In this document: positions 33,471 to 43,593 of the stretch, one piece after another
Position numbering within the stretch: position 1 is the stretch's first letter
Layout of the letters: each line of letters opens with the position of its first letter
Assembly (NCBI GenBank): GCA_027313705.1
Contig: DAHVDE010000105.1
Location: 30,544 to 94,543, forward strand
Length of the DNA: 64,000 bases
Direction of reading: 5' to 3'
Source: Actinomycetota bacterium
GTDB lineage: Bacteria; Actinomycetota; Actinomycetes; Streptosporangiales; Streptosporangiaceae
Translations under genes and position numbers: made by a program
Notes under the pieces: generated by a model
Database searches by the model: none
What the model was told of the DNA's origin: nothing
What the model saw: only the letters and a program-made list of their open reading frames with translations

Positions 33471-34331
33471 ATGAGCGAGCCAGTCAGCGCTGCCTCGGCC
33501 GGCCAGATCGACGTCGGCGGTGATCTGACCGTGAGCCGGATGGGGTTCGGCGCGATGCGGGTCACCGGCGACGGCATCTGGGGTGACCCGCCCGACGAGC
33601 AGCAGGCCATAGCGACTCTGCGGCGGGTGGTTGAACTCGGGGTCAGCTTCATCGACACCGCCGACTCCTACGGGCCAGGGGTGAGCGAGGACCTGATCGC
33701 CAGGGCGCTGCACCCGTATCCAGACAACCTGGTCATCGCGACCAAAGGCGGCCTGCTGCGGCCTGGCCCCGGCCGCTGGACACCTGACGGGCGGCCCGAG
33801 CACCTGCGCGAGGCCTGCGAGGGCAGCCTGCGCAGGCTGAAGCTCGATCAGATACCGCTCTACCAGTTCCACCGGGTCGACCCTAAGGTGCCGATCGAGG
33901 AGTCTGTTGGCGCGCTGGCCGAGCTGAAAAACGAGGGAAAGATCCGCCATATCGGGCTGTCGAACGTGACCGAGCACCAGCTTCGTGAAGCGCAGCGCAT
34001 AGTGCCGGTCGTATCCGTGCAGAACCGCTATAACTCGGGCGACCGCACCTCCGAGTCGATGGTCGACCTGTGCGAGCAAGAGCAGCTGGCGTTCCTGCCC
34101 TGGGCACCGCTTCAGGACACGGCACCTGGCGGTGCGATCAGCGCGGCCGCGAAACGACTGCGAGCGAGCGAGCGCCAGATCGCGCTTGCCTGGCTGCTCG
34201 CCAGGTCGCCGGCGATCTTGCCGATTCCCGGTACCGGATCACCCGAGCACGCAGAGTCGAACATCGCGGCCGCCGGCCTGAAGCTAAGCCCGGAGGAGAT
34301 AGCAGAGATCAGCGGCACAACGGGGGGCTAG
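33471..34331 (+). CDS. Aldo/keto reductase
   Basis: ATG 33471 with AAAGGAG upstream. Motifs include VSRMGFGAMRVTG, FIDTADSYGPGVSEDLIARAL, IATKGG, IRHIGLSNV and VQNRYN. Confidence 0.9.
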   Translation: MSEPVSAASAGQIDVGGDLTVSRMGFGAMRVTGDGIWGDPPDEQQAIATLRRVVELGVSFIDTADSYGPGVSEDLIARALHPYPDNLVIATKGGLLRPGPGRWTPDGRPEHLREACEGSLRRLKLDQIPLYQFHRVDPKVPIEESVGALAELKNEGKIRHIGLSNVTEHQLREAQRIVPVVSVQNRYNSGDRTSESMVDLCEQEQLAFLPWAPLQDTAPGGAISAAAKRLRASERQIALAWLLARSPAILPIPGTGSPEHAESNIAAAGLKLSPEEIAEISGTTGG

Positions 34332-34334
34332 CCA

Positions 34335-34778
34335 ATGAACGCGCAAACCGGAGAACCGCAGGAGAGCGAACTCGGGCCGGAGTCTGGCCTGGAGGACGAT
34401 GGCGTGCTCGACGCGTCCGACACCCTGGAAGGCGACCCTGGCGATGATCCGCTCGACACGGGCATCGTGCCAGCCGACCGCTGGTCGGCCGGCGAGCGGT
34501 TCGGCACCACGGCGGCCGAGGAAGAGGCGGGTGAATCCCTCGATCAGCTACTGGCGGAAGAAGAGCCTGACATCGATCCCTACGCGGACGGCGCAGCCGG
34601 GTCAGAATCTGAGCCCGACCCTCGGGCCGGGCGCCTGGTGGACACCGGCGAGGGCGAGTATGCCGACGACGAGCCCGACCTGGTTGCCCGTGACGTAGGC
34701 ATCGACGCGGGCGCCGCCTCGGCCGAGGAAGCCGCCGTGCACCGGCTCGACTCAGGTTCGGAAGACGCCGAGGAGTAG
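34335..34778 (+). CDS. Highly acidic conserved hypothetical protein (DUF5709-like)
   Basis: 147 aa, Asp/Glu-rich, with GIVPADRWSAGERFGTTAAEEEAGESLDQLLAEEEPD. It starts 3 nt after the AKR stop. The family name is recalled from memory, not searched. Confidence 0.65.
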   Translation: MNAQTGEPQESELGPESGLEDDGVLDASDTLEGDPGDDPLDTGIVPADRWSAGERFGTTAAEEEAGESLDQLLAEEEPDIDPYADGAAGSESEPDPRAGRLVDTGEGEYADDEPDLVARDVGIDAGAASAEEAAVHRLDSGSEDAEE

Positions 34779-34790
34779 CAGGCCGCAGCG

Positions 34791-34823
34791 GGCTAGTCCC
34801 TGGCTAGTCCCTGGCTAGTCCGC
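34791..34823. repeat. Three tandem copies of an 11-mer (ggctagtccct, ggctagtccct, ggctagtccgc)
   Basis: Direct reading gives 34791-34801, 34802-34812 and 34813-34823. The third copy contains the pgm stop codon (cta 34815-34817 on the plus strand). Confidence 0.8.
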
Positions 34824-36461
34824 GCCTGATCGCAGCGCTCCGGCCAGGATGGCCTTGGCTTCCTCTTGGATCGCGGCGAGGTGGTCGGGGCCTTCGAAGG
34901 ACTCGGCGTAGAGCTTGCAGACGTCTTCAGTGCCTGAAGGCCGCGCGGCGAACCAGCCGGACCGCGCCACTACCTTGAGCCCGCCGACCGCCGCGCCGTT
35001 GCCTGGCGCGGTGGTCAGCATCGCGGCGATCTGCTCCCCGGCAAGCTCACCCGCGGTCACCTGCTCGGGTGAGAGCCTGGCCAGGGCGGCCTTCTGCGCG
35101 GGGGTCGCCGGAGTGTCGGTCCTCGCGTAGACGGGAGCGCCGAACCTGGCTGTCAGGCCGGCGTAAAGCTCGGAAGGCGTGCGGCCCGTCGCGGCCGTGA
35201 TCTCCGAGGCGAGCAAGGCGAGGATGATGCCGTCCTTGTCGGTCGTCCAGACCTGGCCGTCTGAGCGCAGGAAGGAGGCGCCGGCGCTCTCCTCGCCGCC
35301 GAACCCGATCGTGCCGTCGAGCAGGCCGGGAACGAACCACTTGAATCCGACCGGCACCTCGTAAAGCCGGCGACCTAGGCTTTCGGTCACGCGGTCGATC
35401 ATGGACGAACTGACCAGCGTCTTGCCGACGGCAGCGGTAGCTGGCCAGCCAGTACGGTGGCTGAACAGGTACTCGATAGCCACCGCGAGGTAATGATTGG
35501 GGTTCAGGAGGCCTCCGTCGCTGGTGACGATGCCGTGCCTGTCAGCGTCCGTGTCGTTGCCTGTCGCGATCTTGAACTCATGCTGCCTGGCGATCAGGCC
35601 GGCCATCGCGTAAGGAGACGAGCAGTCCATGCGGATCTTGCCGTCGAAGTCCCGGGTCATGAACCTGAAGGTCTGATCCACGGCGGTGTTGACGACGGTG
35701 AGGTCGAGCCGGAAGCGATCGGCGATCTCGCCCCAGTACCCGACGCTGGCGCCGCCGAGCGGATCGGCGCCGATCCGCAGCCCGGCCGCCCTGATCAGGT
35801 CCAGATCGACGACCTGCGGCAGCGCCGCGACGTAGCCGTCGAGGAAGTCGAACTGGCCGGTAATGTCTGCCGCCAGCGCCTGGCTAAGACTGACCCGCCG
35901 CACCCCAGCCAGCCCTTCGGCCAGCAGGGAGTTCGCGCGGTCCTGGATCAGCCTGGTGATCTCGGTGCCGGCCGGCCCGCCGTCTGCCGGGTTGTACTTG
36001 AATCCGCCGTCCGCCGGCGGATTGTGCGAAGGCGTTACCACGATGCCGTCGGCCCGCGCGCCCCCCGACGCGTTGTGAGCCAGGATCGCCCTGGACACCG
36101 CGGGCGTCGGCGTATACCCGTCACGCGCGTCAAGCAAGACGGCAACGCCGTTCGCGGCGAGTACTTCGAGCGCCGTTGCCCTGGCAGGCTCGGAGAGCGC
36201 ATGCGTGTCCACCCCGAGATACAGCGGACCCTCGATGCCGGCACCGGACCGGTAGTCGCAGATCGCCTGAGTCGCGGCGAGAATGTGATCTTCATTGAAG
36301 CTGGCCGTCAGGGCCGAGCCGCGATGGCCTGAGGTGCCGAACGTTACTCGCTGCGCGGGATCGCCTGAATCTGGACGGGTCTCGTAATAGGCCGTTACCA
36401 GCTTCGCCACGTCGACCAAGTCCTGCTGGCCGGCCGGCTGTCCCGCTTGCGGACTTACCAT
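34815..36461 (-). CDS. pgm: Phosphoglucomutase, alpha-D-glucose phosphate-specific
   Basis: [10 protein letters not shown] (active-site Ser loop), [31 protein letters not shown] and [11 protein letters not shown] prefer the start at ATG 36461 ([15 protein letters not shown]...) over 36482. Confidence 0.9.
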   Translation of the reverse strand: MVSPQAGQPAGQQDLVDVAKLVTAYYETRPDSGDPAQRVTFGTSGHRGSALTASFNEDHILAATQAICDYRSGAGIEGPLYLGVDTHALSEPARATALEVLAANGVAVLLDARDGYTPTPAVSRAILAHNASGGARADGIVVTPSHNPPADGGFKYNPADGGPAGTEITRLIQDRANSLLAEGLAGVRRVSLSQALAADITGQFDFLDGYVAALPQVVDLDLIRAAGLRIGADPLGGASVGYWGEIADRFRLDLTVVNTAVDQTFRFMTRDFDGKIRMDCSSPYAMAGLIARQHEFKIATGNDTDADRHGIVTSDGGLLNPNHYLAVAIEYLFSHRTGWPATAAVGKTLVSSSMIDRVTESLGRRLYEVPVGFKWFVPGLLDGTIGFGGEESAGASFLRSDGQVWTTDKDGIILALLASEITAATGRTPSELYAGLTARFGAPVYARTDTPATPAQKAALARLSPEQVTAGELAGEQIAAMLTTAPGNGAAVGGLKVVARSGWFAARPSGTEDVCKLYAESFEGPDHLAAIQEEAKAILAGALRSGAD

Positions 36462-36616
36462 GGCGCCATCCTGACACGGCACGTACTATGCGCGACAAGA
36501 GCACTGGCCGTGGCGTGAGGAATGCTTCAGCATCTGTTCAGCAGGCTTTCAGGTCGGCTTCCTAAGCTCAGCCTGAGCAAGGCCAGATAGTCGGGTGGGT
36601 CAGGGAGGCTGCAACC

Positions 36617-37849
36617 GTGCGTGAGGGCGTGACCATCTCACACCGAGGATCGGTGTATGAGATCGGGCGTGGACGTGGCTTCTACGGGATCTGGATCGCG
36701 GCGGCACCGCAGCCAGCGCCCGTCGAGTGGTGGCCAGAGACCCAGGACGGCTGGTTTGACGCGTGGTCGAGGTTCACCGCCGTCGAGGCACCGGGCGCTA
36801 TCGTCGCGGTGAGTCAGGCTGGCCAGGGCGACGTGGCCATGACCGGCGCCAGCGCGCGAGAGCATTATGCATTGCGGCTGGCGGGAGCGGCGCTGATCGC
36901 GGCAGGCGTGATCTTCGGGATCATCGGCCTCTTCCCCGGCTACACCGAGGGCGCGAGCCTAGCCAGCCAGACCCCTGAGGTCGTGCCGCACGCGATCTAC
37001 CTGGCCACCTGGGCGATCAGCGCGGTACTGCTGCTGCGCGGCGGCAGCGGGTCACGAACCGGAGCGCTGATCGCGGCAGGAACGAGCGCGGTCACCTTCG
37101 GCCTCTTCTTCGCCGACCTCGGCATCGTCATCGCCGGCGGGACAAGGCTCGGCGGGGCTGGCCTGACCTTGAGCCTGGTCGGCTGGCTGGCTTGCGCGGC
37201 AGGCGCCGTGCTCGGGCTGCTTTCCAGGCGAGACGGACTGACGGCCAGGCCAAACGGCCGTGAAGCCTGGCTGGCGACGGTGCTTTGCGTGATCGCAGGT
37301 CTCGGCGCGGCGCTGGCCTTCGCGCCGCCCTGGGACAGCTATGTCCTGGTTACTCCGTCGGGAATCCTTGGCTCAGGGACCGCGGGCAACGCGTTCAAGA
37401 ACCCTGGCCCGGTAATACTCGGCAACGTGGCTGTGATGGTAGTCCTGGTGGCGATCGTGATCATCGCCGCCTTGTGGCGCCCGGTCAGGCAGGGCGCGGC
37501 GCTGCTCGCCGGAGCCACCATTCCGCTTGCCGCCCAGGCCATCTCGGCTCTGGTCCAGGTCAGTGAGAAGACGCCGCCTCAGCTTTTCGGCCTCACCCCT
37601 GGCGAGGCTGCCCGGATCGGGCTGACTATCAACGCCGGGCTCACGGCCGCATTCTGGGTTTTCACCGCGTTCGTGATCGCACTGATCCTCCTCAGCCTGA
37701 GAATGGCGACCACACCCGCCGCGCCTGGCGCGGCTGCCGCCGTCGCGGCCCAGCCGCCGGAAGAACCACAGACGGCCGCAGACGATGCGGCGCCTGCCCG
37801 CCTCGGTGTCACCCAGCCAGGTCCCGACTGGCCGGCCAGCCAGCTCTAG
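36617..37849 (+). CDS. Integral membrane protein of unknown function
   Basis: 410 aa. GTG start with GGGAGG 8 nt upstream. A soluble N-terminal ~70 aa (SVYEIGRGRGFYGIWIAAAPQPAPVEWW...) is followed by about 8 hydrophobic spans and a Pro/Ala-rich tail. Confidence 0.7.
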   Translation: MREGVTISHRGSVYEIGRGRGFYGIWIAAAPQPAPVEWWPETQDGWFDAWSRFTAVEAPGAIVAVSQAGQGDVAMTGASAREHYALRLAGAALIAAGVIFGIIGLFPGYTEGASLASQTPEVVPHAIYLATWAISAVLLLRGGSGSRTGALIAAGTSAVTFGLFFADLGIVIAGGTRLGGAGLTLSLVGWLACAAGAVLGLLSRRDGLTARPNGREAWLATVLCVIAGLGAALAFAPPWDSYVLVTPSGILGSGTAGNAFKNPGPVILGNVAVMVVLVAIVIIAALWRPVRQGAALLAGATIPLAAQAISALVQVSEKTPPQLFGLTPGEAARIGLTINAGLTAAFWVFTAFVIALILLSLRMATTPAAPGAAAAVAAQPPEEPQTAADDAAPARLGVTQPGPDWPASQL

Positions 37850-38406
37850 CCGTGCTTGCGGTGCCCGGGCACCCTGACGGCGTAGAACGCCGTCGGCCGC
37901 CAGTACCGGCCATAGCGGATCAGGCTGACTACGGTCCCGAAGTCGTGGGCACCGTAGGTGTAACCCCACTTGCGGAACAGTTCCACATGCCCGGTGCCGT
38001 AGAAGGCCAGGTCACCGATTTTCGGGATCCTGACCCTGATCAGCAGCGGGCTCGTCAGCATGCCGTACGTGGACCTCGGCAGATGGATGCCGGCGTGCCG
38101 GTATGCCATCATGACCAGGCCTGAGCAGTCGTAGCCTGGCCCGGTACCACCCCAGACGTAGGGATGGCCCTTCTGGCTGAGCGCCCAGTAGTAGGCCTTC
38201 AGCCGGATGGGCAGCGGGGGCTTGGACGGAGAACCGTGCGGTCCGGCTGCATCCGGCTGACTGGCGAAGGCGAGCGGCTGCCCGGCGGCTAGCTGCACGG
38301 CCGGCGCCGCTCCTGATGTCCCCTGGAACGCAAAAGCCGCGGCAATCCCGAAGGGGACAGCTGCGGCCGTCAATCTGCCAATTGCTCGCGGTTTCAGTAC
38401 GAACAT
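37846..38406 (-). CDS. NlpC/P60 (C40) cell-wall peptidase, secreted
   Basis: 186 aa with a signal-like N-terminus. GHPYVWGGTGPGYDCSGLVMMAYRHAGIHLPRSTY holds the catalytic Cys context, and ...GDLAFYGTGHVELF holds the His. Confidence 0.85.
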   Translation of the reverse strand: MFVLKPRAIGRLTAAAVPFGIAAAFAFQGTSGAAPAVQLAAGQPLAFASQPDAAGPHGSPSKPPLPIRLKAYYWALSQKGHPYVWGGTGPGYDCSGLVMMAYRHAGIHLPRSTYGMLTSPLLIRVRIPKIGDLAFYGTGHVELFRKWGYTYGAHDFGTVVSLIRYGRYWRPTAFYAVRVPGHRKHG

Positions 38407-38826
38407 GCATTTCCGATCACGCGGCGGGCGCGCACACTCCGCGGGGAAAGGCGGCTATGCCGACCTAACGCGCCGACCTGACATGGCGGAGTTGCGCCTG
38501 GTAATTCGGTACGGTAGCTGTTCGAGCGGCTGCTGTCCGACAAAACACCAAAGAAATGCCCAGCCGGCGTGTCGTAAAACAGCATCATCATGCTCTGTGC
38601 CACCGCCTGGTTACAGAAATAGATTTTTCGGCTATCACAAAAGGTACAGAACCTAGGTAAGATAGCAACAAATCTGTTATGAAGCCGTAATCGGATTTAT
38701 TCGAGAAGTTAATCTTGGGCAGACCTGTTAAGATAGCCATACTTTATAGAGTTGTAACCGTCACATCCTTATATTTAGGACAAACCCGACAAGATTCAGG
38801 CTCTCCTGACTGGGCAGACGACAGCC

Positions 38827-40659
38827 ATGGACGACATCGCCGAGCTCGCGCAGCAGCTGCGAGTCGACTCAATCCGGTGCAGCACCTCGGCTGGTTCTGG
38901 CCATCCGACCTCGAGCATGTCCGCAGCCGATCTGATGGCCGTGCTGATGACCAGGCACTTCAGGTATGACTGGCAGCACGAGAAAGACCCGGCCAACGAT
39001 CACCTGATCTTTTCCAAGGGCCACGCCTCACCACTGCTCTACTCGATGTTCAAGGCGGCGGGGGTTATTACGGACGAGCAGTTGATGACCCGCTACCGCC
39101 GGTTTGGTTCCCGGCTCGAAGGTCACCCGACGCCGGCCTTGCCCTGGGTCGACGTCGCCACGGGTTCGCTCGGCCAGGGTCTGCCCGACGGTGTCGGCAT
39201 CGCCCTGGCCGGGCGCTATCTCGACGAACTCCCCTACCACGTCTGGGTACTCTGCGGCGACAGCGAAATGGCCGAGGGTTCCATGTGGGAGGCGTTCGAC
39301 AAGGCGGCGCACTACCGCCTCAGCAATCTGACCGCCATCGTCGACGTAAACCGCCTCGGCCAGCGAGGCCCGACCGAGCTTGGCTGGGACCTGGAGACCT
39401 ACGCCAGCCGGATCAGCGGCTTCGGCTGCCACCCGGTCATGATCGACGGTCATGACCTCGCCCAGATCGACCAGGCGCTCGCTGCGGCCGCAGAAGCCTG
39501 GCAGCCGACGGTGATCCTGGCGAGGACGCGCAAGGGCCGCGGCTTCGCGGAGATCGAGGATGCCGAAGGCTGGCACGGCAAGCCGCTTCCCGCGCAGATG
39601 GCGGAGCGGGCGATCATCGAGCTTGGCGGGGAACGGCACCGCACGGTGACCGGCCAGCCGCCCCGGCCGGGGTCACCCCGCCTCAGGTCAGGCGGCGAGG
39701 TGCGGCTGCCCACCTATCAGCCTGGCGCCAAGGTCGCCACCCGGCTGGCGTTCGGGCAGGCCCTGGCGGCACTCGGCGCCCGCCCTGAGGTGGTGGCGCT
39801 CGACGGCGAGGTCGGAAACTCCACCTGCGCTGAGGAATTTGCCAAGGCCCACCCTGAGCGCTACTTCGAGATCTTCATCGCCGAGCAGCAACTGGTCGCG
39901 GCCGCCGTCGGCCTGTCGGTGCGGGGTTACATACCCTTTGCCGCCACTTTCGCCGCGTTCTTCAGCCGTGCCTATGATTTCATCAGGATGGCGGCGATCT
40001 CGGCGGCCGATTTGAGGCTGTGCGGCTCGCACGCCGGCGTGGAGATCGGTGCCGACGGGCCGTCTCAGATGGCGCTCGAGGACCTGGCGATGATGCGCGC
40101 GGTGCACGGCTCGACCGTGCTTTACCCAAGCGACGCGACAAGCACGGCCTGCCTGACCCGCGAGATGGCCGGCCAGAGCGGGATCGTCTACCTGCGTACC
40201 ACGCGCGGCGCCTACCCGGTGCTCTACGGGCAGCGGGAGACCTTCCCCGTCGGCGGCTCCAAGCTGACCAGGTCGAGCGCCGACGATCAGGTGACGCTGA
40301 TCGGCGCGGGCGTTACCCTGCATAACTGCCTTGAAGCCGCAAGTAAGCTCGCGGGCGATGGCATCGCCGCCAGGGTCATCGACCTGTACTCGGTGAAACC
40401 CGTTGACGCGCGGACTCTGGTCGAAGCCGCCGACGCCACAGGGGGCAGGATCGTGGTGGCAGAAGACCACTACCCGGCGGGCGGGATAGGCGAGGCCGTG
40501 CTCAGCGCACTCAACACGGCCGGTCATCCGGTCAGGATCGTCCACCTCGCGGTGCGTGACCTGCCAGGCTCGGGCACACCGCAAGAGCTCATGGCGGCTG
40601 CGGGCATCTGCGCCAGCCACATTGCCCAGGCGGCCCGCGACCTCGTCACGTCGTCATGA
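38827..40659 (+). CDS. tkt: Transketolase (single-chain ~610-aa type)
   Basis: STSAGSGHPTSSMSAADLMAVL, IFSKGHASPLLYS, GSLGQGLPDGVGIA, VLCGDSEMAEGSMWEA (ThDP motif GD..(x)..N region) and FIAEQQLVAAAVG. Confidence 0.9.
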   Translation: MDDIAELAQQLRVDSIRCSTSAGSGHPTSSMSAADLMAVLMTRHFRYDWQHEKDPANDHLIFSKGHASPLLYSMFKAAGVITDEQLMTRYRRFGSRLEGHPTPALPWVDVATGSLGQGLPDGVGIALAGRYLDELPYHVWVLCGDSEMAEGSMWEAFDKAAHYRLSNLTAIVDVNRLGQRGPTELGWDLETYASRISGFGCHPVMIDGHDLAQIDQALAAAAEAWQPTVILARTRKGRGFAEIEDAEGWHGKPLPAQMAERAIIELGGERHRTVTGQPPRPGSPRLRSGGEVRLPTYQPGAKVATRLAFGQALAALGARPEVVALDGEVGNSTCAEEFAKAHPERYFEIFIAEQQLVAAAVGLSVRGYIPFAATFAAFFSRAYDFIRMAAISAADLRLCGSHAGVEIGADGPSQMALEDLAMMRAVHGSTVLYPSDATSTACLTREMAGQSGIVYLRTTRGAYPVLYGQRETFPVGGSKLTRSSADDQVTLIGAGVTLHNCLEAASKLAGDGIAARVIDLYSVKPVDARTLVEAADATGGRIVVAEDHYPAGGIGEAVLSALNTAGHPVRIVHLAVRDLPGSGTPQELMAAAGICASHIAQAARDLVTSS

Positions 40660-41323
40660 CACCAGCAGGCCAGAACCGGGTGACCAACTCGAACGGCCTT
40701 GGCCCCTCGGCGGCCACGGCAGCGTGAAAGCCGGGCGGCACCTGCACGTCCTCGACCCGGTAGGACCAGCCATGACCGCCGGCTGCCGTGACGCCGGGGG
40801 ATCGCACTCCGAGCCGCAACCCGGAGAGCAGCAGCCCGCCGCGAACCTTGACGCAGGCTTCCTTCCTGGTCCACAGCCACATGAACCGGCCCACTTGCCC
40901 GGCCTGATCACCCTGCGCCACGTACCTGGCCTCGTCCGGCGGGTAAAAGCGCTGCGCCATCCGAACGACGTCGATTCCTGGCTCGTCCCGCTGGATATCC
41001 ACGCCGACCAGGCGCGTGCTCGCGAGCGCGAGCGCGGCGAACTCGCCTGAACGTGACATGCTTACCTGCGGGCCGGGCACGAGCGCGGGCTTGCCGTGCT
41101 CTCCCCGCTGCCACTTCACCGACTCAGGCGCGATGCCAAGCTCGCCCCCGACGATCAGCCTCGTCGCCCCGTGCGCGGTGATGAACCGGCGCCGTAGCTC
41201 GGCCCGCGAGAAGGCCGCGGCCCGCTCCCGCTCTTCCTGGTCGAGCAGCCCTTCCAGCCGGGCGGCGGCGGAATCGGAGAGATCGGTGCCGATGACCCAC
41301 ACCTGAACGACTTCCTCGCCCAC
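40646..41323 (-). CDS. 4'-phosphopantetheinyl transferase (Sfp-type)
   Basis: VWVIGTDL...EERERAAAFSRAELRRRFITAHGATRLIVG...GKPAL...VSMSRSGEFAALALA..VGVDIQ...LWTRKEACVKV. I prefer the GTG 41323 start. The track start at 41653 would overlap the dipeptidase gene start. Confidence 0.75.
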   Translation of the reverse strand: MGEEVVQVWVIGTDLSDSAAARLEGLLDQEERERAAAFSRAELRRRFITAHGATRLIVGGELGIAPESVKWQRGEHGKPALVPGPQVSMSRSGEFAALALASTRLVGVDIQRDEPGIDVVRMAQRFYPPDEARYVAQGDQAGQVGRFMWLWTRKEACVKVRGGLLLSGLRLGVRSPGVTAAGGHGWSYRVEDVQVPPGFHAAVAAEGPRPFELVTRFWPAGVMTT

Positions 41324-41395
41324 AGCTCGGATGCTACCGGGCGGACTGGATAGATTTGCCCTGGTACGGTCCGCGCCAAGGGGAAGCGAGCGACG

Positions 41396-42613
41396 ATGAC
41401 AGACGGGGCAGGCAACCGAACCGCCGCCTACAATGCCTATTCCTACCTGGCGGAAGGCGAGATCCAAGGCTTCGACCTCGCACCTGAGTTCGGCCGGGTA
41501 CCGCCATATGAGGCCAAGCTGAACGCGGAAGACGCCGGCCGGGCGGCCAGGCTGCTCGGCGAGAGCCTGGTGATCAGCCTGCATGACCATCCGGTCAGGT
41601 TCCCGCGCAGGATGGAAGAGACCCCCGAGTACAACAGGACGGGTCGCCAGCACACGGCCTACGCCGGCCTGGCCGCCTCAGGCATGACCGTGGTGTTCGA
41701 CAACATGATGGACGGCACGGCGTGCGTGACCGGCAACGCACCCTGGCGCTGGAACGACATCATCACTGATCTCGGGATGCGCCAGGCCGATCTGGCTCAT
41801 CAGGACGGCGTCATGGTCGTCCGCACCATCGCCGACATCGATACCGCGCACCGTACGGGGAAAGTTGGCCTGGTGTTCGGGCTCGAGGCGGCGACTCCGA
41901 TAGAGAACGAACTCGACCGCCTTGACGTGCTCTACGGCCTCGGCCTGCGCCAGATAGGCATCGCCTATTCCGACGCGAACTCGCTGGGCAGCGGTTTGTC
42001 GGAGCCCGTAGACGGCGGCCTGACCGCGTTCGGCCACCGGGCAGTGACAAGGATGAACCAGCTCGGGCTCGCCATCGACCTGTCGCACTCATCGGACCGC
42101 ACTGCGCTTGACGTCTGCGCGCATAGCAGCAAGCCGGTCTTCATGACCCATGCCGGCGCTCGCGCGATCTGGGATATCGCCAGGATGAAGCCGGATGACG
42201 TGCTCAAGGCCGTGGCCAGGACTGGCGGAGTCATCGGGATGTCCGCAGCACCGCACACGACGCTTTCGCATGCGCATCCGAGGCACAACATCGAGTCGGT
42301 CATGGACCACTTCACGTACTGCGCCGACCTCGTGGGCATCGAGCATGTGGCCTTCGGCCCCGACACCTTGTACGGGGATCACGTCGCGCTGCACCGGATC
42401 TTCGCCCGCCTGCTGAGCATGAGCGCCATGCGGGGACCCGCGTTCGAGCCGGTCGATTACGTCGACGGGCTGGAGAACCCGACAGAGAACTTCGCCAACA
42501 TCTGCGGCTGGCTGGTCAAGCACGGCTACCGCGACGACGAGATCAGGGCGGTGCTCGGCGGGAACATCTACCGTGCGCTTAAGGCGATCTGGGTCAGCCC
42601 CTTCAGCGACTGA
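41396..42613 (+). CDS. Membrane-dipeptidase family (M19) metallopeptidase
   Basis: 405 aa with LVISLHDHPV, VVFDNMMDG, GLEAATPIEN, IGIAYSDANSLGSG, AIDLSHSSDRTALDV and HVAFGPDTLYGDH. Confidence 0.85.
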   Translation: MTDGAGNRTAAYNAYSYLAEGEIQGFDLAPEFGRVPPYEAKLNAEDAGRAARLLGESLVISLHDHPVRFPRRMEETPEYNRTGRQHTAYAGLAASGMTVVFDNMMDGTACVTGNAPWRWNDIITDLGMRQADLAHQDGVMVVRTIADIDTAHRTGKVGLVFGLEAATPIENELDRLDVLYGLGLRQIGIAYSDANSLGSGLSEPVDGGLTAFGHRAVTRMNQLGLAIDLSHSSDRTALDVCAHSSKPVFMTHAGARAIWDIARMKPDDVLKAVARTGGVIGMSAAPHTTLSHAHPRHNIESVMDHFTYCADLVGIEHVAFGPDTLYGDHVALHRIFARLLSMSAMRGPAFEPVDYVDGLENPTENFANICGWLVKHGYRDDEIRAVLGGNIYRALKAIWVSPFSD

Positions 42614-42631
42614 CCCAGATCGCTCAGGGAA

Positions 42632-43516
42632 TTAGCTGCTGCGCTTCCAGCTGACGCTGAACCCGTTGCCGCTGCCGTTCAGCGAGCCTGGCTGAGCCTT
42701 CACGCTGCCCGATGAGTCGACCATCGTAATCTCATCGTCGGGGAACGTCGAGATGACGCCTGAGCCGGTGTTAGCCGAAACGGTGGCGCCTGAGGCGGTC
42801 CAGGTGCCGAAGTCGGTCAGCGGGTAAACGCCACTCGAACCGCTCGGTGCTTCCGCGATCCACTCGGCGCTCGAGTTGGCGCAACCCGAGCAGGACTCGG
42901 TCTTGGTGAAGCTGTCGCCCGACCGGCTCGAGTCCGTCACCTTCAGGGTGTAGGTGGAGCCGCTCCGCACCACTGAGGCGCTGATGTGGTCGCCTGGGCG
43001 CAGGGTGTCGCCGACCACCTGAATGGCGTTCGTCGGGTACATCTCCCACCAGGTGAAGTAGTAGGCCGATCCGAAGTAGCACTCGATGAGCGTGCCGTCC
43101 TGCTCCACCGAGCCGCTGCTGTACCCGTCGATTCCGACCCAGAAAGCGGCCAGCGAAGTGGTGAACCCCGAGCAGGAGCCGCTCGGCTCTGTCCAGCTAG
43201 CGGCGACCGAGGAGTAAGTGTGGCCACCGGAATTGTTGTCCGCGTAACCTGACCAGTTGGTGCTTTGCACCTGGCTCAGGCCGGAGATAGCCGGCCTGAG
43301 CACGCCGACCGAGTGGTTAGCGGCGTGCTGACCGACCTTCAGGTGCCGTAGGAAGTCCCTGGCCAGCATAAGGGCGTGGGTACGGGCACTTGCCGAATGA
43401 CTGGCGGGCCTGGCCAGGTTAGCCGCGTTCGCCGCCGGGATTGCCGCGGCGATGAGGCCGGCCACCGGCAGGCAGGCCATGATAGAAAAGGTGAGTAACC
43501 GGGAACGACGGTTCAT
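42632..43516 (-). CDS. Peptidase G1 (eqolisin / A4-type glutamic peptidase), secreted
   Basis: ATG 43516 gives MNRRSRLLTFSIMACLPVAGLIAAAIPAANA (signal). It continues STNWSGYA, FWVGIDGYSSGSVEQDGT and SAEWIAEAP, matching the Gln/Glu catalytic contexts of the family. Confidence 0.75.
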   Translation of the reverse strand: MNRRSRLLTFSIMACLPVAGLIAAAIPAANAANLARPASHSASARTHALMLARDFLRHLKVGQHAANHSVGVLRPAISGLSQVQSTNWSGYADNNSGGHTYSSVAASWTEPSGSCSGFTTSLAAFWVGIDGYSSGSVEQDGTLIECYFGSAYYFTWWEMYPTNAIQVVGDTLRPGDHISASVVRSGSTYTLKVTDSSRSGDSFTKTESCSGCANSSAEWIAEAPSGSSGVYPLTDFGTWTASGATVSANTGSGVISTFPDDEITMVDSSGSVKAQPGSLNGSGNGFSVSWKRSS

Positions 43517-43593
43517 AGCGAAAATACCTCTCGCTCGTGACGGGCCTTGTCTAGGCCATTCTTTACTTAGCCTAACTTTCGGTCTGGCGAGCA

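Noticed and set aside
38407-38650. ydaO-type c-di-AMP riboswitch upstream of the NlpC/P60 gene
   Set aside because: I found only a short, loose resemblance to the 3' consensus and could not find the GGGGA/GGGUGAAUC-type elements. It is kept as something to test, not annotated.
40646-41653. Full 335-aa version of the PPTase ORF
   Set aside because: The N-terminal ~110 aa show no PPTase similarity and overlap the start of the divergent dipeptidase gene by >250 nt. The internal GTG at 41323 gives a normal ~225-aa Sfp-type protein.
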